DNA of 64,000 nt from the human T2T-CHM13v2.0 reference genome, Homo sapiens. Shown here in pieces: positions 1 through 14,140 of the stretch. The translations under genes and the position numbers were made by a program. The first letter of the stretch is position 1, and the number at the start of each line of letters is the position of its first letter. Where the stretch lies: the NCBI RefSeq assembly GCF_009914755.1, contig NC_060927.1. One strand, written 5' to 3'. The notes below the pieces were generated by a model. It was not told the DNA's origin. It made no database searches and worked only from the letters and a program-made list of their open reading frames with translations.

Positions 1-75
1 TGATGTGATTTGTCCAAGGCTACTCATTTGTTGGTGACTACTCTGGGTATAAAATCTAGGTCTTCTAACTCACAC
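1..75 (-). mobile_element. MIR SINE fragment
   Basis: gtgatttgtccaagg...aaatctaggtcttctaactc resembles the reverse complement of the MIR 5' part. Confidence 0.6.
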
Positions 76-1369
76 TTCAGATGTTTTTCTGATACCTAGA
101 GGCCTCTGGGAATGTACAAAAGGGAGATTGATTCTTCCCGCTGGAAGACGTGGGTACAGCAGAGGTTGGAGCAAGTAACAGGTGACAATACAACTGGTTC
201 TAGAATAGAAAGAAGTTTCAGATTCAATCTGATTCCTTCATTAAAAGATTAACTCTTGAAAGTCAAACACCACCACTGCCCCCCTCACCACCACCCCCCA
301 CCCCAAAACACACGTACAAACACACAGGCCTCAAGGAAATAGAGAATTTGGTTGATATTGGTTTGAACCTGCAGAGATCTAAAGAAATCGAGAGAATCAA
401 AATGCCTGTATTGTTTCCAAAAACTTCTAGGCCCACTGAAAGAAAATTGCTCTGATTAAAGTTTCCAATTCAGGGATAATTCCACTAAACTACAAGAAAA
501 ACCACTTTTCAGTTGCTTTGAGGTTGACATAAGATGTTTTGATTCAAACTCTCCCTTAATTGTGTAACCTTGTGGCATTTGGAACTAGAAAGAGGGTCCA
601 AACACACCACTACTGCCCAACCTCTAGAGAGGCAGTCTGCCCACACATGACAGGTGCTCCCATCTGCCTGGCAGAGCAAATGAGCAGTCTAGACTCATTA
701 TCTCAGCCCCCAGTGTCTCAGAGCGGCAAGCTCTGAGCTTAGAGAGAAAATACAGAATACAGAGAGAAGGTGAAATTGATGATCCACAGCACAGTTTTCT
801 GGTCAGTCAAAAGGTTGAGGGGCTTAACAGAGAGCAGAGAAAGGCTGCATTGCATTAGACAGCGTGCATTTCAGGCCACGTCACCCTGCTCTGCTGTCTG
901 TCCTTGCTTCCCTGAAAACAAAGAGCCTAAGAACAGTTCCTTAAGTGCACTTTTCTGAAACAGTAGTTTTTGTGCTTATAAATGAGTATTTATCATATCT
1001 ATGTGCTCTAGCTTAATCAACATGTAATACAATAATGTAATCATTGACAACATAGAGGCTGGAACTAGCAACACTTTTCAGTTCGTTGGGTAACTATGGA
1101 AACAGGGACACTGCATTTCCTGGGCTGTGCACACAGAGAGGTGCACACCTTTGGCTAAGAGAACTCATGAAATCTTTTCTAGTAATAACATTCTTTCATC
1201 ATCTCTCACTGGGCATGTTACCAAACTACTGGAGACTCTTGGAGAGTCAGCTTCCTCCTAACACCCTTTTTCTCTGAAGGACTGTAGCACAGGACTGGCT
1301 GATGTGGAAGTCTGGCACCCTGGAAATAACACAAGCATGAAGTTTTATTGCCTTCATGATTCAGTATTT

Positions 1370-1615
1370 AAAATTTATAAAGCATTTTCTACGTTCCAGG
1401 ACTCTACTGATCACCTTCTATGTAAAGCCTTGTCACATGGATTCCTTACCACACCCCTGTGAGGGGTGCAGGAGGTAGTAGGGGGTAATGTCCCCATCTT
1501 ACAGACAAGGAAATGGCCATAAGTGTCTTTTCCAGAAGTATTTAGCTAATAAGAGGCAGCTGGAATTACAACCTAGGTCTTTCAGACTTCAGAATCAGTG
1601 TTCTCAACCACTGTA
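1370..1615 (-). mobile_element. MIR SINE
   Basis: ccccatcttacagacaaggaaat core and downstream ggaattacaacctaggtct. Confidence 0.7.
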
Positions 1616-2019
1616 AGTAACAAATATCTATTGAGCACTGTGCCAGCCTTTAAGGTTCCTATGACTAATAGTACATCCATGTCCTTAAAGAGCTTGTAGT
1701 TGGATAAAGAAAGCAGATTAAAAAGATGACTGCTGTGTAACTGATAGCCTAGAGGAGATAAAGTTTGCTTATGGAAATGCAGCGGAGAGGCACCGAACAT
1801 TCACAAGGGTCTATGCTAACACTGACTTCGTGACTTCATACACCCACAGAGAAATGTGCCCATGAACATTTGATTTGAGGAAGCTGATGGTACATCCTAA
1901 GCTAATGTCTTCAATATTTTTACTAGGGAAGTTCTTTAAATTCGTAGTGACTTCAGTGTCTGCAAGATGAGACTTCCAAAACTCTGGCCTTTTCATTTCC
2001 AAAACCGCTCTCCTCTAGT

Positions 2020-4327
2020 GATATTGTCCATCTTCCTATCTCAGCCACTCACTTCCAGGGTCATACCTCCAGGCTTGTCCTCCAAACCTGCAAAACACCT
2101 GTAATCTAAATTTGAAGCATCCCATTTTCTGACCACCACTTTCTGTATCTCCAGTTCATTTGCTCTTACACATTACCAAAAACCATTGATGGCCCAAAGA
2201 GCCACAACTCATTGATCATACTATTCTTTTATTGTCCCTTGCCTCCTTATTTTTCCTTCTCTCTTACCCAGCTTAAAGTGCATACCCAATTATTTGTATC
2301 CCTCCCTTGCATGCACTCTCAATTCTCTTGCCCCTCTTATACTTCATTACAATCATTCAGAAAAACCTCAACCCTAGTTAAATTCAACTCTCCACTTAAT
2401 CTGTGCTTGTACCCTTCAGTTTATTATGGCTGGACACAAGCATACGACAATGGAAGGAGTCTCACTTTTTATTCATGTCCATAAACCTCAAGTGGGCCTA
2501 AGGGAAAATATATTATTAATATACTTTCCTAGTCTATTACCAAATGCAATATTCTTCTATTCATATCTCATTATTTCTTACGTCTCTGGTTTCTATTCCC
2601 ATATCTTCACTCTCAGCTAATGACCTTAATTCTTATTTTACTGAAAAAAAATAGAAGCAACCTTAAGAGAACTCCTTCAAGCTCCCACCGTCACACTTAC
2701 CCATTTACCAGCATCTGTGCCTATAAATTTCACCTTCCCTCCTCTTACTATAGATGAACTGTCAGGACACGTGTGGGAGAGCAACCCCTTCACTTTGCAC
2801 TGGAGCCCATGCCCACCCAAGACAGTGCTCCAACACTGTATGATTAAATTTTTCTTCTCTATGGAAACTTTACCATCAGCCTAAAGGCAGCCTCAGGCTA
2901 ATTCTCCAGTCTTTCAAGAATCTTTTCTTGATTTCACTTCCCTAGAGGAACTGCCTCATTTTTCTGCTTTTCATTTCAGTAAGGCCCTTTAAGGTCTGCT
3001 TCTCATTAAAGTAAGGTCCTCATCTGTAAAAGCCTAACAAGCCTCTGCCTACACTCTCACCAATTCTTTCTTTCCCCTTCTTTCTTAAATTCATTTCAAT
3101 TAGACTTTTGCCCACATGTTTTAATAAAGTTTACTAACCACTCTACCAATCGTTTTAATCATGTTTACTAAACCTCTACTTGTTAAACGAAATATCAATT
3201 CCTAGGCCTCCTTTTCTTTATATCTCAGAAACATTTGACACCATTGACTCTGTCCCCTCTTCATCCATCAATTACTTTCTTGCCTTGCTTCCAGAATGCC
3301 ATGATCTTCTGATTTTTTTTTTACCCCACTGGCCACTCTCTTTCACTCTCCTCTGTTTTACTCCTCATCTCTTCTACCTCTTCTCTTCTCTTTCTACACT
3401 CACTCCTTGGATGACCTTATCTAGTGCCATGGCTCTAAATACCTTTTGTAAACTCACAACTTTTTATATTTCTACTCTGGACTCCACTCTAGCTTTCTAC
3501 TCAGCATCTCCACTTAGATGTCATATATATATATATCTTTAGCTTAGCATGTTAAGTTAAATATCTGGTTCCTCCAAGCCTATTTCACCTACACTCATGT
3601 CTTCACCATTAATGGTAACTTAGTTGCTCAAGATGAAAGTCTAGAAGACATCCTTGGCTCCTCTCTCTCTCATTCCCTACATCTAATCCATCAGTACATT
3701 TGATAGACTTTACCTTCAAAATAGATCCAGAATCTGACACCACTACTTCTGCCACATTAATCCAAGCTACCTTTATCTCTCACATCAATTATCTCAGGTC
3801 TCCCTGCTTCTACCTTCCCTAGCAACCCCATCATGGTCTATTTCCAACAAAGCAGTCTCGGTGAGCCTAACAGGCAAGCCAGATCATGGTTTCCCCCTTC
3901 TTGAAACCCACCTCTCTCATAATAGAAGCCAATGTTTGCAATGGCCTCCCAGTCCCATCACCATCTGGCCACCACAATCTGAGCTCTTCCACTGCTCTCC
4001 CCTTGCTTGGCCCAGTTCAGCCACAATGGCCCCCTTGCCATTGCTGGAACAAACTGGACATTGTTCCAGAAAGAGGGCTTTATTCTCTTTGCCTAGAATG
4101 TTCTTCTCCCAGAATGCCATGTGGTTCCCTCTCAAATTCTCAGCAAGACTTTCTCTGACCATAAAATTATAATTGCAGCTCCTGCACTTCCTATTATGTC
4201 CTCTGCTAATTGTTAAAATAGACGGCAAGCTTCACAAGGACAGAAATAGTCTTATTGCTTTTAATCCTCAGCACCATATCCAGCACATGGTAGGGATTCA
4301 GTAAATGTCTGTAAATGTTGAATGAAA
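2020..4327 (+). mobile_element. L2 LINE, long ~2.3 kb decayed fragment including RT remnant and 3' end
   Basis: C/T-rich L2 body; ORF 3180-3542 contains ISETFDTID (decayed DLSAAFDTVD RT motif); ends in gtagggattcagtaaatg...gttgaatgaa, an L2 tail. Confidence 0.8.
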
Positions 4328-5069
4328 GATAATATAGTTTTAAAATATAATTTTGATTCATTTTTAATTCAACCTTTGTCATGTCCTATTATACAAGCTA
4401 TTCAGTATTTAAAAGCCTAACAAGCCTCTTAATAAGCATTTGTGAAAAGCCTGGTGTATTTAAATTACTGAATAGTAAACATCAGCCAAGACTTGCAGAA
4501 CTTGATGAGGTTTGAAACAAAGGATCTTATTCCTCTAACTTGCATCAAGCTAAGTACCAGTTACCGTGTTTCTGAGGGCATTTCAAGAGAGTGAGGTGAT
4601 GTTCAGTTTAGAGGGATGAACTGCCAGCTTTCCCGCAGGGCTGGATTTCTGTTAGTGTCAGAACTGCTGACACACCTGCTCGGGGTGGACTCAGGGCAAA
4701 ACCTGATCAAGGGCAAGCCTGGGTAAGTAAAGAGTGCAAGTTAGCATCTGACCACTTTTTCCTTAGACATTAAAAAAAAAGTTTTCTTCAATAAATATGA
4801 AAAATCTTTGATCAATGTTCACATGTTTTCTTGGAAATGCACATCTAAAAGTGGAACTATCTGCTCTTCTCTAGAAACTTCTAGGGGCAAGAGAACAGAA
4901 TAGCCATAATAGAGATCAGAGTATAAATTAGAGGGCTGACAGCATCATTACAAAATGAGGATTGGTATCTAAAATGCTAGAGCCGGTGGCTAGAGGAGTC
5001 TCTGGCCTCCTGTCAGACAGAGAGAAACATGCTTCTTCCCAAAGTTTCTCCCCCTGTGCAATAACCTTA

Positions 5070-5300
5070 ATAATATCAACCAGTTCTAAACAACATATTC
5101 TGTGTTGGGTCTGTTAGATACTTTATCAACATTATCTCATAATTGTTCAAAATACTTATTACCCGCACTCTGAAGATGAGAATACTGAGGCTCAGAAAGG
5201 TTAATCAGCTTGCCTAAAATCTCCCAGCTAGTATGAGATAGGGTCAGTATTCAAACTCAAGTATCTATGACCCCAAGCCCATGTTACGCCTCTAATACTA
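5070..5300 (-). mobile_element. MIR SINE
   Basis: agatgagaatactgaggctcagaaaggttaatcagcttgcctaa core. Confidence 0.8.
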
Positions 5301-6024
5301 GGCTGAAGCTGAAGCTAGGGTTTAGAGAAAGCACCCAGGCCTGGAAAAGGGAGTAGGCTGGCATCATAGCAGTGCTAAGGCCCCAGTAAAGAACTGGAGG
5401 CCACCCAGGGCATAAGTCCAGTCTCAGAGCCTGGACGCACACCAGAGCATGAGTGACAAGACTAACTCAGTGGGCACGAATGATAAAGGCTTCACTCCAT
5501 GGTTAGAGCTACAGTCTAATCCTTGGCAGACAGAGAGGTGAACTGACTGACAGACATGTGGAGATACTGACACAGATGGAGAGGGACAGTGCAGGGCTGG
5601 GACTGTCAGGAGGGACCTTCACCACTCTCCTCTCCCCTAACATCCAAAGTCCGTCTTCACATCCTCCTCAGCCATTTTTCTCCTCCAGCTCCACCATTCT
5701 CTCCAAGCACACCTTAGTGGCTCTACAAGGGAGCATCCTGGGTTTGAATTTTACCACCTCCTGCCTCCCAAGAAGGCCACTGAGCCCTAAGCTTGAGTTT
5801 TTTTATTGTCACCCAGGTAACGATAATCCATAAAGAGGCAGAAAATAAGCCACTTGGAGGTAAAGTAACCTCTCACAGCAAATGTCCTTACAGTAGTCTT
5901 TATAGCCTGGCACACGGACTTTAGGTAGCAGAGTCAATATACTTGCATGCTACACAACTTTCTCATGTTTTGCCTGACACTCACTTATTCCTGACCTTTC
6001 CATACTAGGGAGAGACAAACCCTT

Positions 6025-6200
6025 CCATTTGTTTAGCATTTTAACGTTACGAAACGCTTTCTGCTGCATTACCTCACTGAGCCCTCACTAGAGTGTGGAA
6101 GGCCTAATCCCCGTGTCAGATGAGGAAATGGAGCCTGGGAGAAGGTGAACAGACCACCCTAGGCCATAGGAGTGGCCAACCTCAAACAGCAGTCAGAGCC
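6025..6200 (-). mobile_element. MIR SINE (old)
   Basis: cagatgaggaaatggagcctgggagaaggtgaa core. Confidence 0.65.
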
Positions 6201-6816
6201 CAGAGCCAGTGGTCCCTATTCTGGGCCCTGCTCGCCTCACCACAGCGAAAGAGAGAATGACTCCACCTGCAATTGAAGCAAAGTCTTCTTCAGCCCAACT
6301 TTCATTTCCTCATGGTGTAAACTTTGCCTCAGTTAATATAAGTAAAACCAGCTAAAACAAAAGCACTTGCCACAACTCTGGGAGTGGAACATCAAACTCC
6401 CCACGCTGACCTCAGTTGACAGAGGGCTTCCTGACTCAGAGATTTCCTCCTAACCTCTACATATTTATATCTCTTTTCCTAACGAAAACACCAGACACCA
6501 TAAGGAGGGTATGTACATGGAGGACAATTTTAGACTGTGAACAACCAAAGAAATGATGAATATGGGTCATGTAAAGGACAAGAGACAAGAAGACATGAGG
6601 AGGGACTCACACAGATAAGCCTGGGCACGTGGGAAGTCCCCACCTGACGCAGACAGCTCTCTTCATCGTCAGCCCTCTGTGCTGGCCCAGATGAAGCTCA
6701 GTATCCAGCCACCTTCCCCTGCTGCCCTCAGCTCATTTGTTTTGTCTTCCCACCAGGAACATGTGTTTCACTTCCCAGCCTCCTCCTAAAACCCCTGGCC
6801 TGTCGTCTGTGCACCA

Positions 6817-7609
6817 TGTAAAGAGAACCAGATGTCAACTCAAAAATCACGAGGTTTTCACAAATTCAGAGAGCAAGCTTTATTTCTTAATGAGGATTAC
6901 ACCCTGAGAGGTGATCATTTTGATAGGCTGGGAAGCATAGCCTCTAACAGAGAAAGCAAGCAAGCCCTTCAAGGGGGAGAAGGATGGGACAGGAATTTAT
7001 ACTGAACAGGTTGGTCAAGTATGCATATTCAACAGGTTATTGGAGGAGCTATGAATATTCAGGAAGGGGGTCCTAATGCACACATACTAAATGATCATGT
7101 ATGTTACATATGACCCATGCTCACTTTGGGGTAGAGACTTCGCATTTAAATGCATTATAATTAGCCTGTATAGGTCAAAAGATAAAAGAAGGACACGAAG
7201 GCTCCCAGTTCACAACCTCTATAAACGGGCCAGAACTAGTTCATCACCAGTGGTCTCTAATTAGGAGAAGGTTGCTGAAATCAGTCTCTTGTCCAATCAA
7301 AATGGGAGTTATGGCTTATGGAACAGGAGGGTGAGCTAGTCAGTGTCAGGGGTCAGTGAGCTGCAATTGTTTTAACATTTTTTATCTTGAGACCAGTGCT
7401 TCCTTAGCTGTTAGAGGAAAAAACAAAAATGGAAACTGTGGCAGTTAGAACATAGTTTATTCTTTAAGTGAGGGGGAAGGGGGTGGTGCATGAATTAACC
7501 CTTGCCTGACATGGCCTCAGATCCCATTTATAATTTGGAATCTTATTGCCACAAAGAGCCCATTCCCTCTTGCCTGTGGGCCTAAGGGACTTTATTTTTA
7601 TTTTACACA
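6817..7609 (-). mobile_element. ERV1-class solo LTR, MER4 group (subfamily uncertain)
   Basis: TGT...ACA termini; acatagtttattctttaagtg and cccttgcctgacatggcc blocks typical of MER4-group LTRs; no clear TSD. Confidence 0.65.
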
Positions 7610-8221
7610 GGTATATAAGAAATTAGCCAAAGAGACATAAAAATAAGAGGAAGATAGAAGACAGGAAAACTGGCAGTAAAATTCAAGCATAGCAGAACTT
7701 GATTTGTTTATCTTCAGCCTTATGTGAATGGCTGATCAAACTGGAGTTGCCTTGGAACACATTTTTGTAGACTGATAACCTCATTTCCGACATAGTCCAG
7801 TACCCAGAACACTGAGAACCACCAGCACATGAAAACTCAGATGACTTCACCTATTGGGGATGCTGCTGTATCCAAAAGAGAAAGAACAGAAAGATATGGA
7901 AACATTTTCTGTATTCAATGGGCAAAGCATGCCAGTGAGTGGTGAAGGGGAGACCAACATGTCCTAGAATAACGTGGGGAGCATGTAGTATTCTGTGGGC
8001 TGCAGGCTTCCCCCAGTCACTAGCATGGTTATGGCTTTCTCATCACATTACCGGGCTCAATGTAAAAGAGATCCATAGACCTTTCCTGATCTTCTTTCTA
8101 AAATAAATCCTTCTGTTATTCTCTTTCACAGCACTCTATTCGTACCCTTCTTAACATTTAATTATTGCTATAATTGGTTTGTTGTTGTTGTTGTCATTGT
8201 TGTTCATTTATCAGTTTTTTT

Positions 8222-8316
8222 TTGTTTGTTTGTTTTTTGTTTTGTTTTTGTTTTTTTTATTATACTTTAAGTTTTAGGGTACATGTGCACATTGTGCAGG
8301 TTAGTTACATATGTAT
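8222..8316 (-). mobile_element. Extremely 5'-truncated young L1 (L1PA2/pre-Ta-like 3' end, ~58 bp plus tail)
   Basis: Reverse complement TATACATATGTAACTAACCTGCACAATGTGCACATGTACCCTAAAACTTAAAGTATAAT; perfect 16-bp TSD ATTTATCAGTTTTTTT at 8206-8221 and 8317-8332. Confidence 0.9.
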
Positions 8317-8423
8317 ATTTATCAGTTTTTTTATTTGTTGACTGGGTCTCCCAAAAGATATACACTACATTAACATTAATCACTAATGTGATATTAACTA
8401 AGGGCTCAATTCTCAATTTCTCC

Positions 8424-8588
8424 TTTATTTTTTCTTTTTAGAGATAGGCTCTTGGTCTGTCACCCAGGCTGGAGTACAGTGGTGCACTCATGGTTCACTG
8501 CAGCCTGGAACTCCTGGGCTCAAGTGATCATCCTGCCTCAGCCTTCTGAGTAGCTGGGACTACAGGTGCATGCCACCATACCCAGCCT
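8424..8588 (-). mobile_element. Alu monomer (FRAM or truncated AluJ right arm)
   Basis: Single arm with the old diagnostic ctcctgggctcaag, T-rich tail at 8424-8439. Confidence 0.85.
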
Positions 8589-10079
8589 ATGGGCTCTATT
8601 TGTATCAGTGGAATGAATGAATGCGTATTAAAATCTTTAGCACAAAGCCTGATTTTTAGTAGGTATTTCATACATCCAAGTTTTCCTCTCAGAGCTTTCC
8701 AACTGTCTGTTGGGGCTTGCACATGTACATACATGATTCTACACAAAGCTCAGAGTGACATGCTGATTTAGATCTGCAAAAGAAGAGCTGGTAGTGAAGA
8801 TTAGGTTCAAGGAAGGTCTTAGGTATGGCAGTAGGGGCCACATGCACATTTCAAGGATCTTTGGAAACAAAGAGAAGTTACACCCAAGTTCATGTCCACT
8901 TGCCCTGTCCCCTTTGACCTCTGGTGGTGTTGGTTAAAATAAAGATGCCCAAAGGCCTGGAAAGAATTAACAGAGACATTAAATTTAAAAACTCCCTAGT
9001 GCAATAAAGCCTCACCATTCCAGAGTGCCTATCATTTGATTTTTGTATATATTTCCCTTATTTTTTCCAACAAGGATTTGAAAGAGGGTGAGTGAAAATG
9101 CCCCCATTCACAAAGTGCTCTGTCCTCAGAAATGTCTCCTAAAGATACATTTCAGAGCTTTTCCCCCAAGCAGTTGGAGGACAGCATAGAGTCTGACCTT
9201 GGCAGGTGACAGTGGGGAAGAATCGGCCCCAGACTCCAGGGTTGTTAGTGGACAACTTTCTGGAGACCCCAAGGAGCTCTGGAGCACCCCTCTGCGCATA
9301 AATTAGCAGCTGATTGTTTCTGCTCCCCACTTTCTTTTCTTCTTGAATGAGACTGCACACGTCTTCCCTAATCCCAGTAAAGTTACTGCAAAGCCTGTGG
9401 GAGAGAGATAAGGTGAGGAAGAGCTGGGGAATGCAGAAGGACTGTGCCTTTTCCTTTAATCTGACTCTACCAGCACCTGCCTAGGGAGGCCCAGAGGTCT
9501 CTTCAGGGCCTGTCCGGCTAGAAGCACACTTTTTCCATGTGCTCCAGCTACACTTACAGCTTCTACAACACCTACCTGTGCTATCTGGAGGCTGGTTGTC
9601 ACTCACCTGGGCTATTCTTTATCCAAACCTTTTTTTTCTTTATTTCCAAAGATTTTTGTTTCATTATTTTGGGAAATGAAAATGCAGGAAAATCAAGACA
9701 CAGCTAAAACTCTTTATATTACATTTTACTGAAAAAAGAAATATTATAACCCAACTCCAATGTGAGGAATTTCTCATTTTCCTTCTTGGCTTTTGAAGCT
9801 ACTGAGGTCATGTCTCTGATATCCTCCATCAGAGCTCTCTGCTGGCAACTGTACAGATCTAGTCTAGGTGTACACAAGGGACACCACGCTCTCCTGGTTT
9901 TGCTCACTCCTCATTCAACAACCTTGCTCAGTGTGACTCATTTTCTAAATTTTGTCTTCCTATCTTCTCTCAGCAAAATGTATCCCAGTAAAGAAATTTT
10001 AGACTTGGAGTCTAAAGACTAGTAGAATATGACTCTTAGGAACGGGGCCCCCAGATTCCCTAAACAGATGCCCCTGAAG

Positions 10080-10245
10080 ATAAGTGCCTGAAGGACTGTC
10101 ATTGAAAGCTTTTCAGGCTACCTCTGTGTCCCTGCAGGATAGGATTGGGGCCAATCAGTAGAAGCTCCAGGAGGCAGATTGTGACTTTTCTCACAGTCAG
10201 AGCTCTGAGTTGCCTCACAAGACAACTCCTGTCACCAAGAGCTTG
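10080..10245 (+). mobile_element. L3/CR1 LINE 3' fragment
   Basis: gaagctccaggaggcagatt...ttctcacagtcagagct...cctgtcac resembles the CR1/L3 3' region. Confidence 0.6.
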
Positions 10246-10250
10246 CTAGA

Positions 10251-10355
10251 GCAGTGATTCCTTAGCTTAGCTGCCTATTAAAATCACTGAAAAATTTTAA
10301 CAGATATACAGATACTCCAGACTCAGAGAATCAGACTCTGGGAGTCAGAGGCCAG
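10251..10355. mobile_element. MER5A-like hAT DNA transposon fragment
   Basis: cagtgattccttagcttagctgcctattaaaatcact...gaatcagactctggg. Confidence 0.55.
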
Positions 10356-10369
10356 AACACAGAACCTGT

Positions 10370-11520
10370 GTCAGAGAGCATAGATTTCAGATCATCATCT
10401 CACACTTACTAATTAGAGTCACTGAAACCTGGAGCTGCAGTTTTCTTGTTAGCCAAATAGTATAACAATACCAACTTTACAGGATTGTTGTAAGCAGTGA
10501 GAATTAGTTATGTGCTCAATAATTTGTAATAGCTAATTCACATTCAGGTGCTTTTGGGAATGAGTTAGAAGCCTGACAACATCTGTGGATTTATTAATGG
10601 CCCCCCAAAAAACAATGGGCCTATATCTGCCTAGGTTAATAACATCTAATAAATGAGTTTTCAAGTCAGGTATGGCACTTCATAATTCACAAGGCATATT
10701 AATACACATTGTTTCATTTAGACTTTGGTTCTTACAACAACCATGAAAGGTGGGCAAGATAATGTTATGTCAAGTTTACAGATAAGAAAACTGAACATTA
10801 GAAGGGTTAAGTAATTTGTCCAAGGTCCTACTGCTAGTTATCCAAAGGTCCTTAGACAAATACGTAGCCGGATACTGTCATATCGACTACCTGAAGCTTT
10901 GTTGCCACTCAATGGATTCAGAGGCATACTTCTTGTCTTCTCAAGTAGACAAAGAACTAGAAAATGTATTTTGTGTTTCTTTTTTCCCCCTACCATCCTG
11001 CCTGGCACTATCTTGCATACAGTGGGAGTCCACTAAATGTACATTATTATAGTGGACTTATGGAATGGTCTGCGGGGAGAGCAGTGCTATTTCATCAGCA
11101 TAACCCTCAACTTGAGACTTAAAACTTTTCTCACCACTCTCAGTATCCCCAAGGCTTTTGGTCCTAAGGTTTGTTTAAATATCTTCTTTCTTAACTGTTT
11201 GCACTCATTTTTTCTCAAAGCCTGCTAATTTTTGTGTTACAGTTTTCTAAATGTTCCCCATCCCCATAGGTAAGTCCCCAGTACCCCTGCCATTCTTCTC
11301 CACTTCCCTGGTCAAGTGGAAGGACATGGAGTATACATGAGTTTGAACCTGCAATCTTATTTCAGTAGGTTAAGTAATTTGGGAAATGTTACTTACTATT
11401 GCTAAATGTCAGTTTTTCATCTGTGAAATACAAGGAATACTTACATACCAAGGTTGTTGTGGAGATAAAGAGAGATAGTGGACCAGTGTGCCAGGCACAT
11501 AGTCACTACACAATAATTGC
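10370..11520. mobile_element. Three MIR fragments (~10370-10540 +, ~10670-10840 -, ~11320-11520 +)
   Basis: MIR core motifs, e.g. tttacagataagaaaactga and cagtttttcatctgtgaaat. Confidence 0.65.
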
Positions 11521-11685
11521 TGTTGGTCATCTCTTCCCTCCAACTGCTGTCTTCTCCTTGCAAATTTTTCTAAGCTGCCACAATCACAAGAACATAATCC
11601 TCAAGTATAATGTTGATTTTGTCACCTATTTACTCAAATCTTCTATTCAGCATCTCCTAAGCAATATTCCTTTCAAGTTCTAAGT

Positions 11686-12874
11686 CAACACTGTCCAATA
11701 GAAATTTGATGCATGCCACAAATGTGACTTGTATATGTAATTTTAAAATCACCTAATATCTACATTAAAGCAAAGTGAAAATAAATGGCTAATTAATTTT
11801 GATGATTTAATTCAATATATCTAAAATATTATAATTTTCTATAAGAAACTTAAACAATTGAACAAGCAAAAAAAACCCTATTAAAAATGGGCAAAAGATA
11901 AGAACAGACACTTCTTAAAAGAAAGCATACAAGTAGCCAACAAACATATGAAAAAATGTTCCACATCACTAATCATCAGGGAAATGCAAATCAAAACCAC
12001 AATGAGATACCATCTCACATCAGTCAAAATGGCTATTACTAAAAAGTCAAAAAAGAAAAAAAAACAGATGTTGGCAAGGCTATGGAGAAAAGGAAATGCC
12101 TATACACTGTTGGTGGGAATGTAAATTTGTTCAGCCACTGTAGAAAGTGATCTCATTATCAACACAGTGATCTCATTATCAGGTATGTATTCAAAAGAAA
12201 ATAAATCTACCAAAAAGACACATCCACTTGCGCATTCATTGCAACACTATTCACCATGGCAAAGACATGGAATCAACCATGGTACCCATCAACAGTAGAT
12301 GGTACATATACACCATGGAATACTACGCAACCATAAAAAAGAATGAAATCGTGTTCTTTGCAGCAACATGAATGCAGCTAGAGACCATTATCCTTAGAAA
12401 ATTAATGCAGAAACAGAAAACCAAATACCGCATGTTCTCAGTTGTAAGTGGAAACTAAACATTAGATACTTGAGGACATAAAAATGGCAGCAATAAAGAC
12501 TGGGGACTACTAGATGGCACAGAGAGGGGAGGGAGACAAGTCTCAAAAAAACTAACTGTTGGGCACTATGCTCAGTACCTATGTGACAGGATCATTCATA
12601 TTCCAAACCTCAGCATCATGCAATATATCCAGATAACTAATCTGCACATGTACCCACTGAATCTAGGATAAAAGTTGAATAAATACATGAAAATTATCAT
12701 TTTAACATGTAATCACATAGAAATTACTAATTAGATATTTTACATTCTTTTTATGCTAAGTCTTCACATTCAGATGTGTGTTTTATACTTATAGCACATC
12801 TCAGTTCACACTAGCTACATCTCAAGTGCTCAGTGGCCATATGTACCTAGTCGTTATTGCATCAGACAATGCAG
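11686..12874 (+). mobile_element. MER33 (hAT-Charlie) split into 11686-11838 and ~12690-12874 by an L1
   Basis: caacactgtccaatagaaat start and catcagacaatgcag end; the two halves are collinear across the L1. Confidence 0.8.
11839..12688 (+). mobile_element. L1PB-type 3' fragment (ORF2 end + 3'UTR)
   Basis: gaaatgcaaatcaaaaccacaatgagataccatctcac; ends gtacccactgaatctaggataaaagttgaa; degenerate TSD aaaatattataatttt / aaaattatcatttt. Confidence 0.85.
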
Positions 12875-12954
12875 CCCAACCCTCAGTTTAACCTTCACTC
12901 ATCAACTGCTCCTGTTTGCTAATGGTTCTGATTTTCCAGGCTTGTCAAATGCTT

Positions 12955-14140
<1,186 letters not shown>

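Noticed and set aside
3117-3180. Short diverged tandem duplications (also 27421-27467, 31100-31130, 44066-44108)
   Set aside because: Two-copy slippage duplications with no spacer structure; not CRISPR-like or array-like.
7718-7934. Plus-strand exon-like segment (ttatcttcag ... CCA|GTGAGT)
   Set aside because: Stops in all three frames and no partner exons; could only be a non-coding exon, which sequence alone does not support.
8914-8928. CTCF-like CCACCAGAGGTCA on the minus strand
   Set aside because: Mismatch in the core; expected by chance in 64 kb.
9719-9907. Minus-strand ORF MEDIRDMTSVASKAKKENEK, and ORF 34903-35091
   Set aside because: No recognisable family, weak splice context, isolated.
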